64,000 bases of DNA from Lingula anatina (GCA_051362555.1 CM120640.1:3968001-4032000), one strand, 5' to 3'. Numbered from the stretch's first letter, positions 26,101 through 39,725 are shown. The notes: a model not told the origin generated them from the letters alone. Numbers and translations are program-made.

Positions 26101-29100
26101 TGATAATTGTGCAGGTTATTATATATATATATATATAATGTATAATCAAAGATTAAAAGTTTGAATAGCAGCTTCATTGAAATTATATTTACTTCAGGCT
26201 CTGCCTAGGAGGTTATATTTTTACCCCTGTTTGTCTGTCATCAACATAACTCAAAAAGTTATGGACCGATTTTGCTGAAATTTTCAGGAACTGTCAGAAT
26301 TGGGCCAAAGAGGACAATGATTAGTTTTGAGTGGTGGTCTGGCTCAATAATCAATCAATAACCAACAATAATCAACAATTGCTGCCTTGGCAGAGGTCTG
26401 CACTCTAGGTGGTTTTCTAGTTTTGTTATGTTTTCCTTTACAATTTTTTCTCAAACACTTGCATTTGTGACTTTTAACTCTCAACCGCTCGAGGCTCTGC
26501 ACATTTTCTGTATTTTCACATAAGCAATTGTATTTTTTTTATGTCTTAAAACATTATTTAAAATTATTTTATGCACTGTCATCATATTTCAAATATTGAG
26601 ACTTTCATCATGTGACTATAGTCTCTCATGGTCCTGAAACTGTAATCTTATCGAAGGGGTGGATTGAGACCATCTTCTGGGTCTTCTTGAAGACAGGTTA
26701 TTAAGTTTATATTGACTGGTATCTATTTTTTTCTGTTGGAAGACCATCAAAATGGAGGATGGATCAACATAGATACTTTGGAATACTGTCAGAAAATATC
26801 TCAGGGTCCGCTCCTGTTATTGACCATGTTACCTGTTGTGCATGATTAAAATTCAGTGTTGACTGACAGTGCTATTATAAACATTATTTATTATTGCATC
26901 AAAATTGACAAAATGACCTTTTTTTGCATCTTTATTTTCTGTTTTTTTGTCTGTACATTTGACAGCTTTGCTGCCTTGTTAAAAATAATGCTCTGTAAGG
27001 ATTTCATATGTGTAGAAAATTTCATGGTTTGTCCTGTCAAGTAACATGCCTGATGCTTAGTCCTGTAGGAAATTATTTTGTATATTTCAGCTTTCATTAG
27101 AAACTGAGCCAGTTACAAGTGAAGATAAAGATGCATGTTCTGAGGCTGAGAGACTGGAGGAGGTAAGCCAATTGGTTCTGCAGAAAACATGCTTCAGAAA
27201 TCTTGTATAGTTTGTGCTTGTAAGGAAATATAGCCTGGTGCAGTGTTTTAACCTTACGACCAATTTTGTTAAATTTCGTCTCTGTAGTGAATGATGGTAG
27301 GCTTTGTTTTATTGTGTTAGAATCTTTAAATTTTGAAAATGTATTGTAATTTTATAATTTACAACAGAATATGTTTAATTTCCATATTTCTGCATAAAAG
27401 ATATTTTTGAATTTTCAAAATGTGGGTTAAGTGGATGCAGAAAAATTCATATCAAGCTTCTACAACCTCTGCTTTAGAGATTAGCAGCTATGACCCAGAC
27501 GCTGAAGTCAGTGGTTGATGACAGCCAGGAAGAGGAGGTGGAGATGGATGAGTTTCCAGCTTCACAGGTACTTACAGTTGTGGGCAGGGGTTTTCCTAGG
27601 ATTAGGGGTACAGGTTGCTCAGAATTAGCACCTGCAATTTTGTACTAAATTTCAGGGAGTCCAAGTATGCCTAAAGCCATCATATTTTCAAAAAAGCCGT
27701 CAATAAGCCGTCCAGCTGTCTTTGAAAATATAGGCTGTCCAGTGATGCTGGCGGCCGTCAGAATGATGGCTGGTCGGTTCACTGGGAAAACCCTTGGTTG
27801 TGGGTCATTTCACAAAGTTAACATTTGAGTTTTGTCAGTGAACCACACAATTTACGTGATATCTTTATTATTTTCAATTACTCTTGATATTTTCCATATT
27901 TTTATAATATAAAAGAGCAAAAATAATTATACAATTATATGAACATTACACACACAAAAAAAAATTCTCAAAGTTGTGACTTTATCAGTTGTACCTCTTC
28001 TTCAGTCAGATGATCCAGATATTATAGAGCAGGCAAAGGTGGAGCAAGAAAAGCTGAAAAAATTTCAAAATCTATTCAAAGGCTTAAAGTTCTTTCTAAA
28101 TAGGGAAGTTCCAAGAGAAACACTTGTCTTTGTTATAAGGTAAGTATAAAGTTTGTCTTAGATTTTTATTGTAATGTGTAAGAGATTGAAGAAGTTTTGC
28201 TGGATTGAAATTTAGAAATGAAAACTTGAAAAATTGATGATTTCAGATGTAAAATTGTATCTTCCACCTTGTTAGAGTTGGCCCCTTTTCAGATCAAGTG
28301 TCATGCTTAATTGAATGGTTTCACTTTGTGAAGTCTTAACATGTAATTGCTCTACAGGGGTTTTTATCCCCCTTCACTAGTTTTCCATAGTTTTGCTGCC
28401 TGGTATTAATTAATTGGCTGTATTAAGTGTGGGTGTGACTCTTCTACATAATAGCCATGTTTCTAAGTTGTCAATTTCGCAAAGTGTCCGTGCAGATTAA
28501 ATGTATTATGCGATAGGAAAAAAGACCATCCAGTGTTAACCTTAGTTGAAGTCTGTGTATTCTTCAGGTCATTTGGAGGTGAAGTGTCCTGGGACAAAAC
28601 TGTGGCAGTTGGTGCTACCTACTCTGAGACAGATGAGACAATAACTCACCAGATTGTGGACAGACCAAATGTTGAGAAGCAGTACTTATCAAGGTATGAA
28701 AAAAAAAAAACAAATGCAAATAAGGGGGGAAATCAGTCCCTATATTGTATCAGTGCTCATGGCTGTATCTGTTTCGGTGGTTTTGCTGTTTCAAGTGCAT
28801 TGCAGAATCCAAAAAGGTCCAGGAATCGCTAAGAATAGTTTCAATATCTCACGTAATAGTAAGGTTACAAGACCTGACTGTGATTAGATACTGTGGGTGA
28901 TATTTGACCCAGCCATAGTTTTGGTTTGATGATTAATTTAACTTCAAATCCATTTTGATTTACAGGTATTATGTTCAGCCCCAGTGGTTATTTGACTGTG
29001 TGAATGCCAGGAAGTTGCTTCCTGTGGAGGATTATTTCCTAGGAGCTATTTTGCCACCACACCTATCTCCTTTTGTGGAAGAGGGAGAGGACGATTATTT

Positions 29101-30610
29101 GCCGCCAGAAAGATGTGAGGCACTGGAAGAAGATTCAGGTACTTGTGTCTTTTAGTACCTTTCAGACTGAACATTTTACATTGCTTTGTAATCCACAGTT
29201 ACTAGATTATGTTATTCCAAAATAGTTACATTTCATTTTGAACATTTTTCTAACATAAAGATACTCAATGCAACAATAGTTTGAAACAAACAAGATGGGA
29301 ATTGGAAGTTTATAAGGTTTCAGAGTATTGATATAGTTCAAAACGGTAATGTGATGTGTGGAAATTTACTAAAGATTTTAAAACAATTTAGAAACGAGTC
29401 AACCTGCATTGTTAATGAAATAGGTGTCAATGAAGATTCAGAGGAAGAGGATGTAGAGGAAAATGAAGATGAGGGAGGAGACGAATCAGACGAGGATGTT
29501 GATGAAGAGGAGGAAGAAGATAGTGATGTGGAGGAGGATGAGGATAGTGAGGAGGAAGATGCTGCTTTAAGAAAGCAAAAGAAAAGGAAGTTGCATGATG
29601 TAGAAATAGACCATATGAAGAAAAAGAAACGAGAAATGAAGGTAAACTAACATGTAATTGAATTAAGATGAAAAGAATGTTCCCAAGTTTTTATCTACTT
29701 TAGATCAATAATACAGGTTTTAACTCTAAGAAAATATTTAGTGGGCATACATGTTTCTGATTTTTGTAGGTCTTGAATATGTCTGTAGAAGCAGGAACTG
29801 TTGAGACAGATGATGTGGAGAAAAAACTAAAAAAACAGACAGACGAGGAAAGAAAACTGTCAGAAATGATGATTCCGAAGAAAAAACGCAGACTTTACAA
29901 CAAAATAATGTATTCTAAGAAAAAGAAAGCACAGGAGGTGAGTAATGTGTTCAACGTTTTCATGTGAGAACTTTGATCAAATGTGTGAAATAATCTTATA
30001 CTCTGATTTAGTTATGCCTGAAGGCTGTGCTTGTTGCATATAAGGAGACAGGTATTCCATACCTGCTCCATCATTGTATATTTATTGTGAAAAGAATGTG
30101 CAAAGAATGCATGTTGACATTTACATCGTTTAAGTCAAGTGAAATAAGTTTATTTAATGGTTTATCCATAACACTCCTCTAAGCGATAGTTTGTTACGAT
30201 AAGAATTTTGTTAAGTACACCAAAGAAATTCCTTGTTTTCCAAATTTATTTGACTTTAAATAAATTCATGGTGTTAATATAGTATCTCAATCATCAGAAT
30301 TTTTTTTATTCAAACTTAATTGCTTTTTATGGAAAATACTGAGATCAATATATTAAGACCGTAGTTTATTGCTTGAAATTATAATCTAGATATTTGTCAC
30401 GATTTGGCATAATGGACAGTAACAAATGTTGTTTTTTCCTACAATGTTACATCCATTTATAAATGTTGTATTTTTTTTGTTTGTAATTAACTGTTTTATT
30501 TTCAATTTCAATTTTTCATTTATCAGGTCAACAAATTGAAACAAAAACGTGAGGCATATGATAAAGCTCAAAAAGCAGAAAAAAAGAAGAAGAGAAAAGT
30601 TGCTGCATGA
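17123..30610 (+). CDS. PES1: Pescadillo homolog (ribosome biogenesis, BRCT domain), ~15 exons
   Basis: MVKHKKK|[27 protein letters not shown]|[18 protein letters not shown]...; [24 protein letters not shown]; [26 protein letters not shown]; [19 protein letters not shown]...LPPHLSPFV; acidic tract; stop TGA 30608-30610. Confidence 0.97.
17481..20241. mobile_element. ~2.76-kb non-autonomous DNA transposon in PES1 intron 1
   Basis: Perfect 28-bp inverted ends GTATATGGGCATTTTTACAATCCTGGGC (17481-17508 / 20214-20241); internal repeated motif TGTCCATTCCGAAACA and ~350-bp internal tandem duplications; no ORF. Confidence 0.85.
20265..21116 (+). mobile_element. 5'-truncated LINE, Rex1/Babar-like reverse transcriptase C-terminus
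   Basis: [12 protein letters not shown]...IVKFADDTT...[23 protein letters not shown]...[14 protein letters not shown]...[12 protein letters not shown]; short 3' UTR ending AATAAA + (ATT)n tail. Confidence 0.92.
23255..23655 (+). mobile_element. 5' part of a HINE/Helentron-type element
   Basis: T-run, hairpin TGTACAGACACA-GA-TGTGTCTGTACA, (CGT/CGC)n microsatellite, then two ~160-bp core repeats. Confidence 0.7.
24040..25900. repeat. ~336-bp tandem repeat, ~4 well-conserved plus degenerate units, PES1 intron
   Basis: GGCATTTT(C/T)AAG(G/A)TGTGAC at 24053, 24379, 24716, 25052; decayed copies further on. Confidence 0.9.
26196..26422 (+). mobile_element. Short HINE/DINE-like element
   Basis: 5' CTCTGCCTAGGAGGTTATATTTT, tgtttgtctgtc microsatellite, 3' CCTTGGCAGAGGTCTGCACTCT...TTTCTAGTT; related inverted copy at 59562-59797. 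Confidence 0.7.
27585..27796. mobile_element. hAT MITE
   Basis: Ends CAGGGGTTTTCC...GGAAAACCCTTG with 8-bp TSD GTTGTGGG on both sides. Confidence 0.8.
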
Positions 30611-31714
30611 TTCACAAATTTAAGTCCAGAGATGCCTTGTTCCAATTTATGAGACTGAAAATATTGGAGAGTGATTGTTTTGTAGACCTGCAACTAAAGA
30701 AATTTCATGTATGATGTATACCCATTGGTATTCATGTATACATGGAATTATCTTTTTAAGTGTAAATCTTAAATTAAAGGACTGTCATCTGGTTCACAAA
30801 ATCATTACTTTATCCTATTGTGTCATAAAAGCAAATGAGTAAGATTTTGTTCAAAGAATAGGAAAACAGAGGAGAGACCAATCCAAATGGTTCAACGTAC
30901 GTGAAACTGTGATGATGAAAAGATAATAGTTAATGTTTTCATGAAGACATAAAATTGTATTGAACAAATGTGTAGAACTACTCAAACCTTACGTGTTTTT
31001 TGCGTCATGTTGAATATTACAGAAAATGTCATTTATGTTATCAGGAAGAAAGATTGCAAGGGAGCTTGCGATTGGTGTACACATTAACATTTTCACATCA
31101 TTTAGTCATGCATGTATATATGGGAATCTGAATAAATCGATATCCTCTTACCTATAGTCTCTCCGTACTTCCGTATTTGTCAGCCAAGCGGTGACCAGGC
31201 GAGGTGAATAACAAGGTCCTAATATGGAAAAAGTAAAATGTGGCATGTTCAGACTTCAAATACATTTTGTTATATCACAATGTTTTCATTCGACCTGTTT
31301 AATTCGTTAACAATACGGAAACGAAGGCTTTTTTAAATGTATTCCTTAACATAAGTATATTGAAGGAAGATAGGTAATTTGGATGTTATTTTTATCAAGA
31401 ACTTTGACATCGCAAAGAAATGTGGTGATATTGAACTGTTCGTGAAAACATTACATATTTCGTAAAATACCCAAAATATCCATCGATGGAAGATGCTCAA
31501 AATGTGCTAAAAACTCCAGATTTAAACCGTTGAATGAAGATTGCACACTTGTCTCTTTCCATCCATCCTGTCACCAGACAATGCCTGTGCGACCAACGCC
31601 GCTTACTTTTCTTATTAACAGTCACAAATCTGCTACTATCTTACTGAAGACATCTGTAAGGTTTCAATAAAAGTCGACCAAAATTATTTAGCGCGTATTG
31701 AAAATTTATTGGAA

Positions 31715-32070
31715 AAATGGGTCACTGATTTATTCCACATTTTGTGGAGTCATCTGTTGCACGAAGATGCAGGTGGATTCGAAAATCGGCGTGATTTGAT
31801 CATAATTTAACCTGTTATTAGAAGGACGTAACTTGAAGGACTTCGTCATTTACCATAAAATGTATTTTTGACTAATTCATTTATCTAAATTTTGTATTGG
31901 TCACCGATTTATTTCCCACTTTGTGGAGTCGTCTGTTGGACGATGATCCAGATTTAAAAGTCGGCCTGATTGGATCATACTTTAACGGTAAATCTGTCAT
32001 TATTAATTTTTGAAGGACTTTCTCTTTTACCATGAAATGTATTTTTTGTCTAATTTTATTTATCTATTTA
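31715..32070. repeat. Two diverged ~180-bp direct repeats, intergenic
   Basis: GGTCAC.GATTTATT...TTTGTGGAGTC.TCTGTTG at ~31720 and ~31899. Confidence 0.7.
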
Positions 32071-32984
32071 TTCTAAAGGCATTTATGTTCATCGAATTTC
32101 GTTGTATTTAGTTATTAATTTTGCACAGTCATGGAAAGTAAGACAGTGCTACAAGCTAGGTCTCTGGGTCAAAGTTTAAGTAAAAAATATGATATAATTT
32201 ACCCTGTATCGGTGCGCCATAAGGAATAGAAACTCAGAAAAAATATTTAGTCAAATCCACGAATGGCAAAGTATTAATGCAAATTTAAAATTGATTTTTC
32301 TCGTTTACATGGGGGGCAAAGTATAGATTTTAAAGCATTTTTTGGTATTTATCCCTATTGTATAACAGCAGGTGATTAATGTAAGTACGTGGTAAATATC
32401 GGATGCAGCTTGAAGTGGTATTTGCTCCTTTGTGACTTGTGCTAATCTATTTGGGTTCCATATTTGCCTTTAATTTAGAGCATCGATGTCGTAGCACCGA
32501 TACCGCTTCTAAAGTGTAATCAAATTGGTCGATATGATCAGACATTGATTTTTTTCATTGTGTATCCAAGTTGACAGAATAACAAAATGTGGCTTTGATA
32601 ATATACTCTGTGGACTCACGTGATTGCTTGCCAACAATAAAAACAACAGTGAACTTTCCAATAATTCGATATAATGCAAATGTCAGTTAATTCAGTGCCT
32701 GCCAGTCTATATCTCAATCATCTGGACGAAGTGGCATTTATTCACCTTGCTTGATAGAAACGCGGACAAATGAAACACCGATGTGTTTTAACTTCAAATA
32801 TTTTAATAATTTCGCGCATTGTATGTTAGCATTGTTTGATAAGAAAACAGCCTGCTAATGTCGCGGTCTCGCTGCTGAACGTTATTTCAACAATTAACTA
32901 GAGGACCTTAAGAGTGACAGGTGTAAACACGTTTTATTTTCACGCCGAATTTTGGGTTCAGCGAGGTTTAGACGAAAAGCCATA

Positions 32985-32998
32985 GTCACCCTAGCAAC
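32985..32998 (+). promoter_or_regulatory. RFX X-box
   Basis: GTCACC-CT-AGCAAC fits consensus GTNRCC(N0-3)RGYAAC, just upstream of a probable 5'UTR exon ending AAG|GTACG at ~33057. Confidence 0.6.
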
Positions 32999-33269
32999 AA
33001 TGTAATGGGAACAAGCTGAAGTGACATTTTACGGACGACCAGTCAGGGACGATAAAGGTACGTCTTAAATACCCGTTTAGGTGGTTTGTTCCTAGCGTCT
33101 TTCCTCAAACTTTTACGCTTGGCAGTAAGAACGAGATGGACGAACGTCCTACCTGCTCATTTTGAAATTTGCTGATATTTCAACAGGCCTACTCTTTAAC
33201 AGGTTCGGCAATAATTATCAAACATGAATTGAAACTGTCAGGTTCAGATATTCACTATGTGTCTAATAA

Positions 33270-33309
<40 letters not shown>

Positions 33310-33344
33310 TCAGTAATCAGAGTAAGAAAGACACAAGAATCAAG

Positions 33345-36164
33345 ATGACCACTTTGCACGTCCCGCAGATCTCCATTTCTCCCGTGGACTCAGATATTCA
33401 CAGCTTAGACGGTAAGCTTCCCATGGCAAGAAAGAAAAAAAAACATTGAACGAAAATTTTGATTACCACATGCTACTCAACTCAAAAGTCTAAAACTTGT
33501 GAAGTATTAATTTAGGATTGCCAACAGTGCTCAAAATGCGTAGACCTTAACAATGAAATTACAACTGAAAACAAACAAAATCGATATCGAAAAAACACAC
33601 TGAATATGTGTTTAAGTGTAGAGTAGACAGCCCTGTTTATTAAAAGCAAAGGAGATAACTTCTTTAGAGCGATCTTTGTTATTATTCGATTGTGAATTGC
33701 TATGTTTAACATATTTGTGAAAAATTATCAAATTCGAGCTTAGCACGGCTGTGCTTATTGGCGAAATGAACGGGGCGAATGAAAAAAAAAACGCTTTTGG
33801 TTGAGATATTTTTGATGGCTGGAAAGGATGGATTTATCACTGGGTAGTTAAGAAAATATTAAAAAATGCCATGAAAATCCGTTTTGAAAGGAACGCCAAT
33901 AAAAAGCCACATTTTCCTTTCGACAAAGTGCCACACTTGTATTTCTTCAGAATAAACGGCTTAATTTAATTGGCATAATGGCCCTGAGTTTTGAAATTGC
34001 AAATTTTTGAATAAATAATTTTCGTTCTGTTTTTTTTCCATACCGTTTTACAAAGTTGATTGAATCAAATTCAATTGGCATAATGGCCCTGAGTTTTGAA
34101 ATTGCAAATTTTTGAATAAATAATTTTCGTTCTGTTTTTTTTCCATACCGTTTTACAAAGTTGATTGAATCAAATATACAATAATATACACTTTCAGATC
34201 TGTTCCGTAAAAGCAGACGTTTACAGAAGGTTTTGAGTGACACTGAGCAACAGCTTATCCGTGGCATCATTGACGCCAGACGAGATGCTGCCATTTCACG
34301 CGCTGAGCTCGAGCGTGAAAAGATGATGTTAAGCTCTGAAGTACAAGAAAAAGATTCCCGAATGGAACAACTTCAAGATGAACTTAACGAGAAAATACAG
34401 CTACGTGCCGAGATGGCCGGCCGGACCGAAAAACTGTTGGATATTAAAGAAAAGCAGCGAAAACGGGACGTGACTAAATTAGAAAAAACAATTAAAGAGC
34501 TACATCAAGACATTTACGAAAAAGCCCAAACAATTGATCAACGAGAAAAAGAATTAGTCGATTTCAAGGAACAAATACGAGGGCTTTTAGAAGAAAATGA
34601 TAAGCTTAGAGAATCAGTAGCAATCCATGAACGCGTTTTTGTTGAGAAAAACGAACTCCAAGAAGAAATCATTCGAGTAAAACGCGACCTAGAAGAAAAG
34701 GACAATCTTTTAAATAAGTTTGTTTATCCTGTGCAGGAAAACCAATCTGACAGTAAAGAATCGAACCTCCTAAAGCGTGTGTTAACCCCCAGACCAAAAC
34801 AGCTGGAAATGGAAGTAAACCAACTGAAAATAAGACTTGCACAAAAAGAGAGGGAACTAGATGATATGGCAGACGACTTACAACAGAGAGAGGACGAAAT
34901 GGAGAGACTGCAAGAACTAAACAAAAACCTCGAAGAAAATGTCAAAGCAATGAATGCGAAATACGAAGCGAAAGCCGTGGAGTTGGCGCAGCTGAATGAA
35001 AGGCAAAGCAAAAGAATGAATAAATTAAATGGAGAAGTGAAAGAACTGATGATAGAAGCCAGCAAAAATGGTGTGTCGGAATCTCAGCGCGAGATTAAAG
35101 CTCTAGAATGCAGCGTTTTACTCTTATCAAACCAATACAATAACTTACAACATGAGCTTCAAAGAATTTCTAGAAAAATAAGGGAAATCAGTGACCAGGA
35201 TGTTGAATTATCAAGCGTTCCGGTGGCAAAACGCTTTTCCGTTTTGATCAACAGTCTTAAAGAGGAGAACATTAAAGAGAAAGACAAGCTTCAGAATACA
35301 GCATCAGTATTAAACGGGGATTTAAAAGGATGCAGTGCGAAGCTACAACTTGTCAAGTGGAAATTGGAAGCTAAGATGCGCGGACTGCCTGATATTGAAG
35401 AGCAAAAATTCCCGCGCAGCATACTCAAATATACGCCGTCTACGCCCCAGAAAAACTACACGGGGAGCGGGGTAAGCCCACAACTCAGTAAAGACAAGAC
35501 GGAGGCTTCTTCGTCTACGCCATCAACTAAACCTACATCAGCAGATTCTAGGAAGCAAGTTCGCCTTCATTGTCCGCCACTGGATCAGAACGGTTCTCCC
35601 GCAAAGAAAGAAATCGACTATGCGAGGAGCTCATTTAAATTAGAGTCGCACTCAGCAAAGGGACATTCAAGAATGCAGCGAACACCCCACTGCCCAGCAC
35701 AGGTCAGCCACGGGGCCAAACACAGTGTGACAGGGCTGAAGTTATTTAATCTACCGCCAGCTAAATCGACCCCAGAAGACCGTGAAGACAGCGGACACCT
35801 AACACGGCGTGCAAAGTAAGTTTACATTATTTTAAATCTCTGTCCCATGATGGAGTGTTTAACGCTTTAAAAGAATATTATCAAAGTATATGTTTGTACG
35901 CCAGACACGTTTTTTTTTACAAAACATTTTTCCAATCTTTTTGATAAGTGTCTGAGTATTACTTAAAATACAATCGTCACTGGAAATCGCGTTAAATGAA
36001 CCCCGATGTCAACTTTGAACCTTTGCAAGAGGTATCTTAATGTGTTTGTTCAAGTTGTTTTGAAGACTCTAATCAAGATTTAAATTGTTGATAATAGGTG
36101 CGACTCTGGGAGATCATCCACCAACCTCCGCACCATGCCAAGCCGTTACCACATGTCCAGGTGA
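33345..36164 (+). CDS. Uncharacterised long coiled-coil protein with a disordered Ser/Pro/Lys tail; exons 33345-33411, 34198-35815, 36098-36164
   Basis: MTTLHVPQISISPVDSDIHSLD|DLFRKSRRLQKVLSDTEQQ... joins the 528-aa heptad-rich ORF; GCAAA|GTAAG joins to KCDSGRSSTNLRTMPSRYHMSR* (or reads to stop at 35819); AATAAA ~36340. Confidence 0.8.
33966..34173. repeat. Perfect ~107-bp tandem duplication in an intron
   Basis: AATTGGCATAATGGCCCTGAG...GATTGAATCAAAT repeated twice. Confidence 0.9.
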
Positions 36165-36972
36165 TCAATACAATGACGTCACAAAATCACGTCGGGTCAC
36201 ATCCAAGCATGGGACATATCGATCTTCAAAACAACGGGTGAAATTGGTGGAAAGATCCAATTATTTAACATCACTGCTTCAAACTTCAATGGACAACAAC
36301 TCACAAATAAATATAATTGACAAACTATATTCTTTAATGAATAAAAATTTATAGAATAAATCAAATTGCAAAATTCTTGATTTACTCCTTTTGATCTACA
36401 TTTGCGCCAGTCATCCAATAATAAAAAAGAGCACCAAATCTAATGCAACTGCTTTCATTTTAATTACTTAAGTCATTCTAAATCACTACATGCATAGATT
36501 TATGTTAAATACAATTGATCTATAAAATAATGCTGGTAAAAAACTCCCAATACTTTTATATTGATCCTTTTTCATCAATATCAATGAACCTGTAGATCTG
36601 CAATAACAAAGTGCCACACTGGTTCTGTATGTCAGTTAGATTGAGTGCATGATTTGGCACTTTAGGAATTTATTACTTCAACTAGAACGTGCAGATCACC
36701 ACCATGATCTTACTGTTCTTAGTCGGACCATTTCTGACGTACTCAGAAAAGTTTATCGAAATTCATCTTCAACTTTTTGAGTTAGGTTGTTAACTAATGA
36801 GCCAACAAAGGCAAAAATGAGAAAAGATTTGATAAATGTACATCAAATTTATAACAAGTCTCCAGTTTCAATAAAAATGTCATTTAACATGTTGTATTTT
36901 TATTTTATTGGAATGAATGAATCGACATGATTATGGTCTGGAAAGACATTCACTCTTTTTCACCTTCTGTTC

Positions 36973-39573
36973 CTAAAGTTTTGACTGATTACCAGAATTC
37001 ATCTCATATACTTTGTAGATAAACTTAAAGGTACTATCAAAGTGGGGTTGCATTCTTTCCCTAACTCTTTCCATGTAGGCTCTCAAGATGGGTCTGTTTT
37101 TCCGGAAATCATATCCACCAGCGATAGGCTGCCACAGTTCACAGACTGCCAGGAGGTCAGCAATGGAGATATCATCATTACTTCTGATAAACTTGGTATC
37201 CTTCAGGAAAACATTCTCTATGTGGTCAAGGACGGTGTCCAGGTCACCCCTAAACCGTTCTGCCTTTCCTTCATTCACCGGCTGACCAGTGGCCCTTGGT
37301 ATTATCACCTGAAAGGCAAAATGCAATTTGAATGCAAATAACTTGATAGCATCATTATTAAAATTCATGTATTACATTATATTTACAGTGAAGCATTTAA
37401 AAAAAGTGGCAATATGATATATATATATATGTACATATATATATATATATACATATATATACATATATATATACATATATATATACATATATATACATAT
37501 ATATACATATATATATATCCCACTGATACTGGAATTTATTACACCATGCTCCCATCCTCACTGCACCCTACACCTCTTTAGTATATTGATTTTTTAAATA
37601 ATCACTAACAAAACAAAATTTGTCTACAAAAAACCAATAAATATCATGAAAAACAGTGTAAAATTGATGAGACTTATTGAGCTATTAGTTTCGTACCCTT
37701 GTCTGGAAATACATTGCTCCATAAAATCTAGTATTTGCATGTTGCCACTCTATGTACTCATCAATCCTTGCCCTCTGTTTAAGGTCATGTGGATACCAGT
37801 GGTCCTCCACCTTGTGCTTCTCAATCAAATAACGAAGGATGGCAACACTAATATGAAATAAATATGCTCCTATAATTTTTCCTTTACATGCTGATTTTTC
37901 TTTCATGTGTAAATCTTACATAAATTAATAGTGGTGAGTAGTTCTTTTAAGATTAAAAATTGTTTTCAAAAGCTAAAGAAGGGTTATTCTACATTTTACT
38001 AAAATATTGGATCAATTAAATTTTTCATGTCAAATTACTTCATATAAGATTAACTTTTCTTGAAGACTTTGTGACTACCACATGGTATTTATGGGTCTAT
38101 ATTGACACTTGGGCTATTGTGGTTACTACGTAGTGAAAGCAAATTGTAAAATTAAATTCTTGCCTTTCAGTGAGTAAAAATCCATCATCATCAATAACAG
38201 GCACACGCTGAAAGGGGTTTATCTTTTTGTACTCTGGTGTTAAATGCTCCCCTGGAAAATAGTCAAGAGTAAATGAGATATATACTATTGCAATATAATA
38301 TTTGACTTGCCTTTACAATGGTTTATGTGTCTAGGTTTATTTGCCTGTTCAAAGTCTGGTATAGTGATGAGTATTGTATGATTTCACTTTAATTTGAAAA
38401 CTGAAGAAATGAACAATCAGTGGATATATGAGATTATAAAATATAATATAAATAAATTTAAGGTAGGGTAAATAATAACTTTTTTATTTTTGAAAACCCA
38501 AGAGTGCAGCAGCTCTCAAATTTTTATTTTACATCTCATCTCCTCAACACGCACATTACTGTAAAGCCAACCAGTTTTCCCATCAACAGAGATATCACTT
38601 TCCTTAAATTCATCTGTCTATCTACCAGTTTGACCGTCATAAAATCATACACCCGTTATAAACAGATGAAAACTGGTTCAGCAACCGGTTTTCATTTCCA
38701 ACTTTTTGAGGCCTTTGCTTTCATGCGTTAGCACAGACAGTACCTATCAGAATCGTCAATAGGAGTGCTAACGCATGAATTTTGGTGCTAAATAGGGCTG
38801 GGTGAATCTCAAATGTTTTGATTAAAAGGTGTTTTCTATGACAGAATTTGATGCTAGACACACATCTGGCAACAATAATTAAGGTCACAATTTTCAAAAT
38901 GGCAGACAGTTAAAGGGACCATAGTTTGTTATACCCCTCTTCTTATGTTTTTTGGGGATTTTACACCTGTTAATCAAAACATTTGACATTCACCCAACTA
39001 TTTATCTCAAGTTCCAGTATAAACATATAGGCCTACTGTCTACAGTTACACGTGATTTGTCTTTTTTAAGATGAAAATTGTCAGTTTATCACCTAAATAA
39101 TTGTTGTAGAAATAAAAAATTGTCAGATGTGTTTTCAGCATCAAATTTCACCTAGAAAACCCATGTTATAATTTTTTTAAAAAAGATAAAATCAAACACA
39201 AATAACATTAATTTGTATATATTAAATGTGTTTAAATTGAAAGTTAATTCTATAAAATTACAATTTAAAAAGTTATGCCTACAGACAAACTGAGTGAACT
39301 TGATTTAAGCACGTCCTACTTTTTGACACTGCATGCTGCGATTTCAAAGTTCATGTCACAGTTATTTACAACTGAATGTGTCTACCGGTGCCTACAAAAT
39401 TGATAAGAAAAACAAAAAGAAATTATGAGATGAAACTTGATAAAAGGAGGGATATATTCACCTTTCCTTAATGCAACAGGGGCATCTTGAAATTGTATTC
39501 CAGTGGCCTTCAAGAATAAATATACAGCCCTCGCCGGCTGCGACATCAAATCGTAATAATACTTGAGCACCAT
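36973..39573 (-). CDS. GSTT1: Glutathione S-transferase theta class; exons 39573-39462, 38251-38164, 37847-37697, 37308-36973
   Basis: [92 protein letters not shown]; intron 2 has a GC donor. Confidence 0.95.
37416..37518. repeat. (TA)n/(TACATA)n microsatellite
   Basis: Direct read. Confidence 0.95.
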
Positions 39574-39725
39574 GTTGGCAGAATGTTTTGATCTTAGGTC
39601 AAGGTCGAGGTTGTACTCGTTATCAGCCAATAGAAATTGCTCTAAGGGAAGAAAAAGAATAACGGTCGCCATGATTGGTTGAAGTGAGCCCAATCATACA
39701 CGTGAGTATCAATTTCGAAGTCAAA
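39574..39725. promoter_or_regulatory. Very compact bidirectional promoter GST-theta / myosin XIX
   Basis: 152 bp between divergent ATGs; three CCAAT/ATTGG boxes and CACGTG at 39699. Confidence 0.6.

Noticed and set aside
33947-34294. 115-aa - strand ORF with an internal repeat
   Set aside because: Arises from the 107-bp intronic duplication plus the antisense of the coiled-coil exon.
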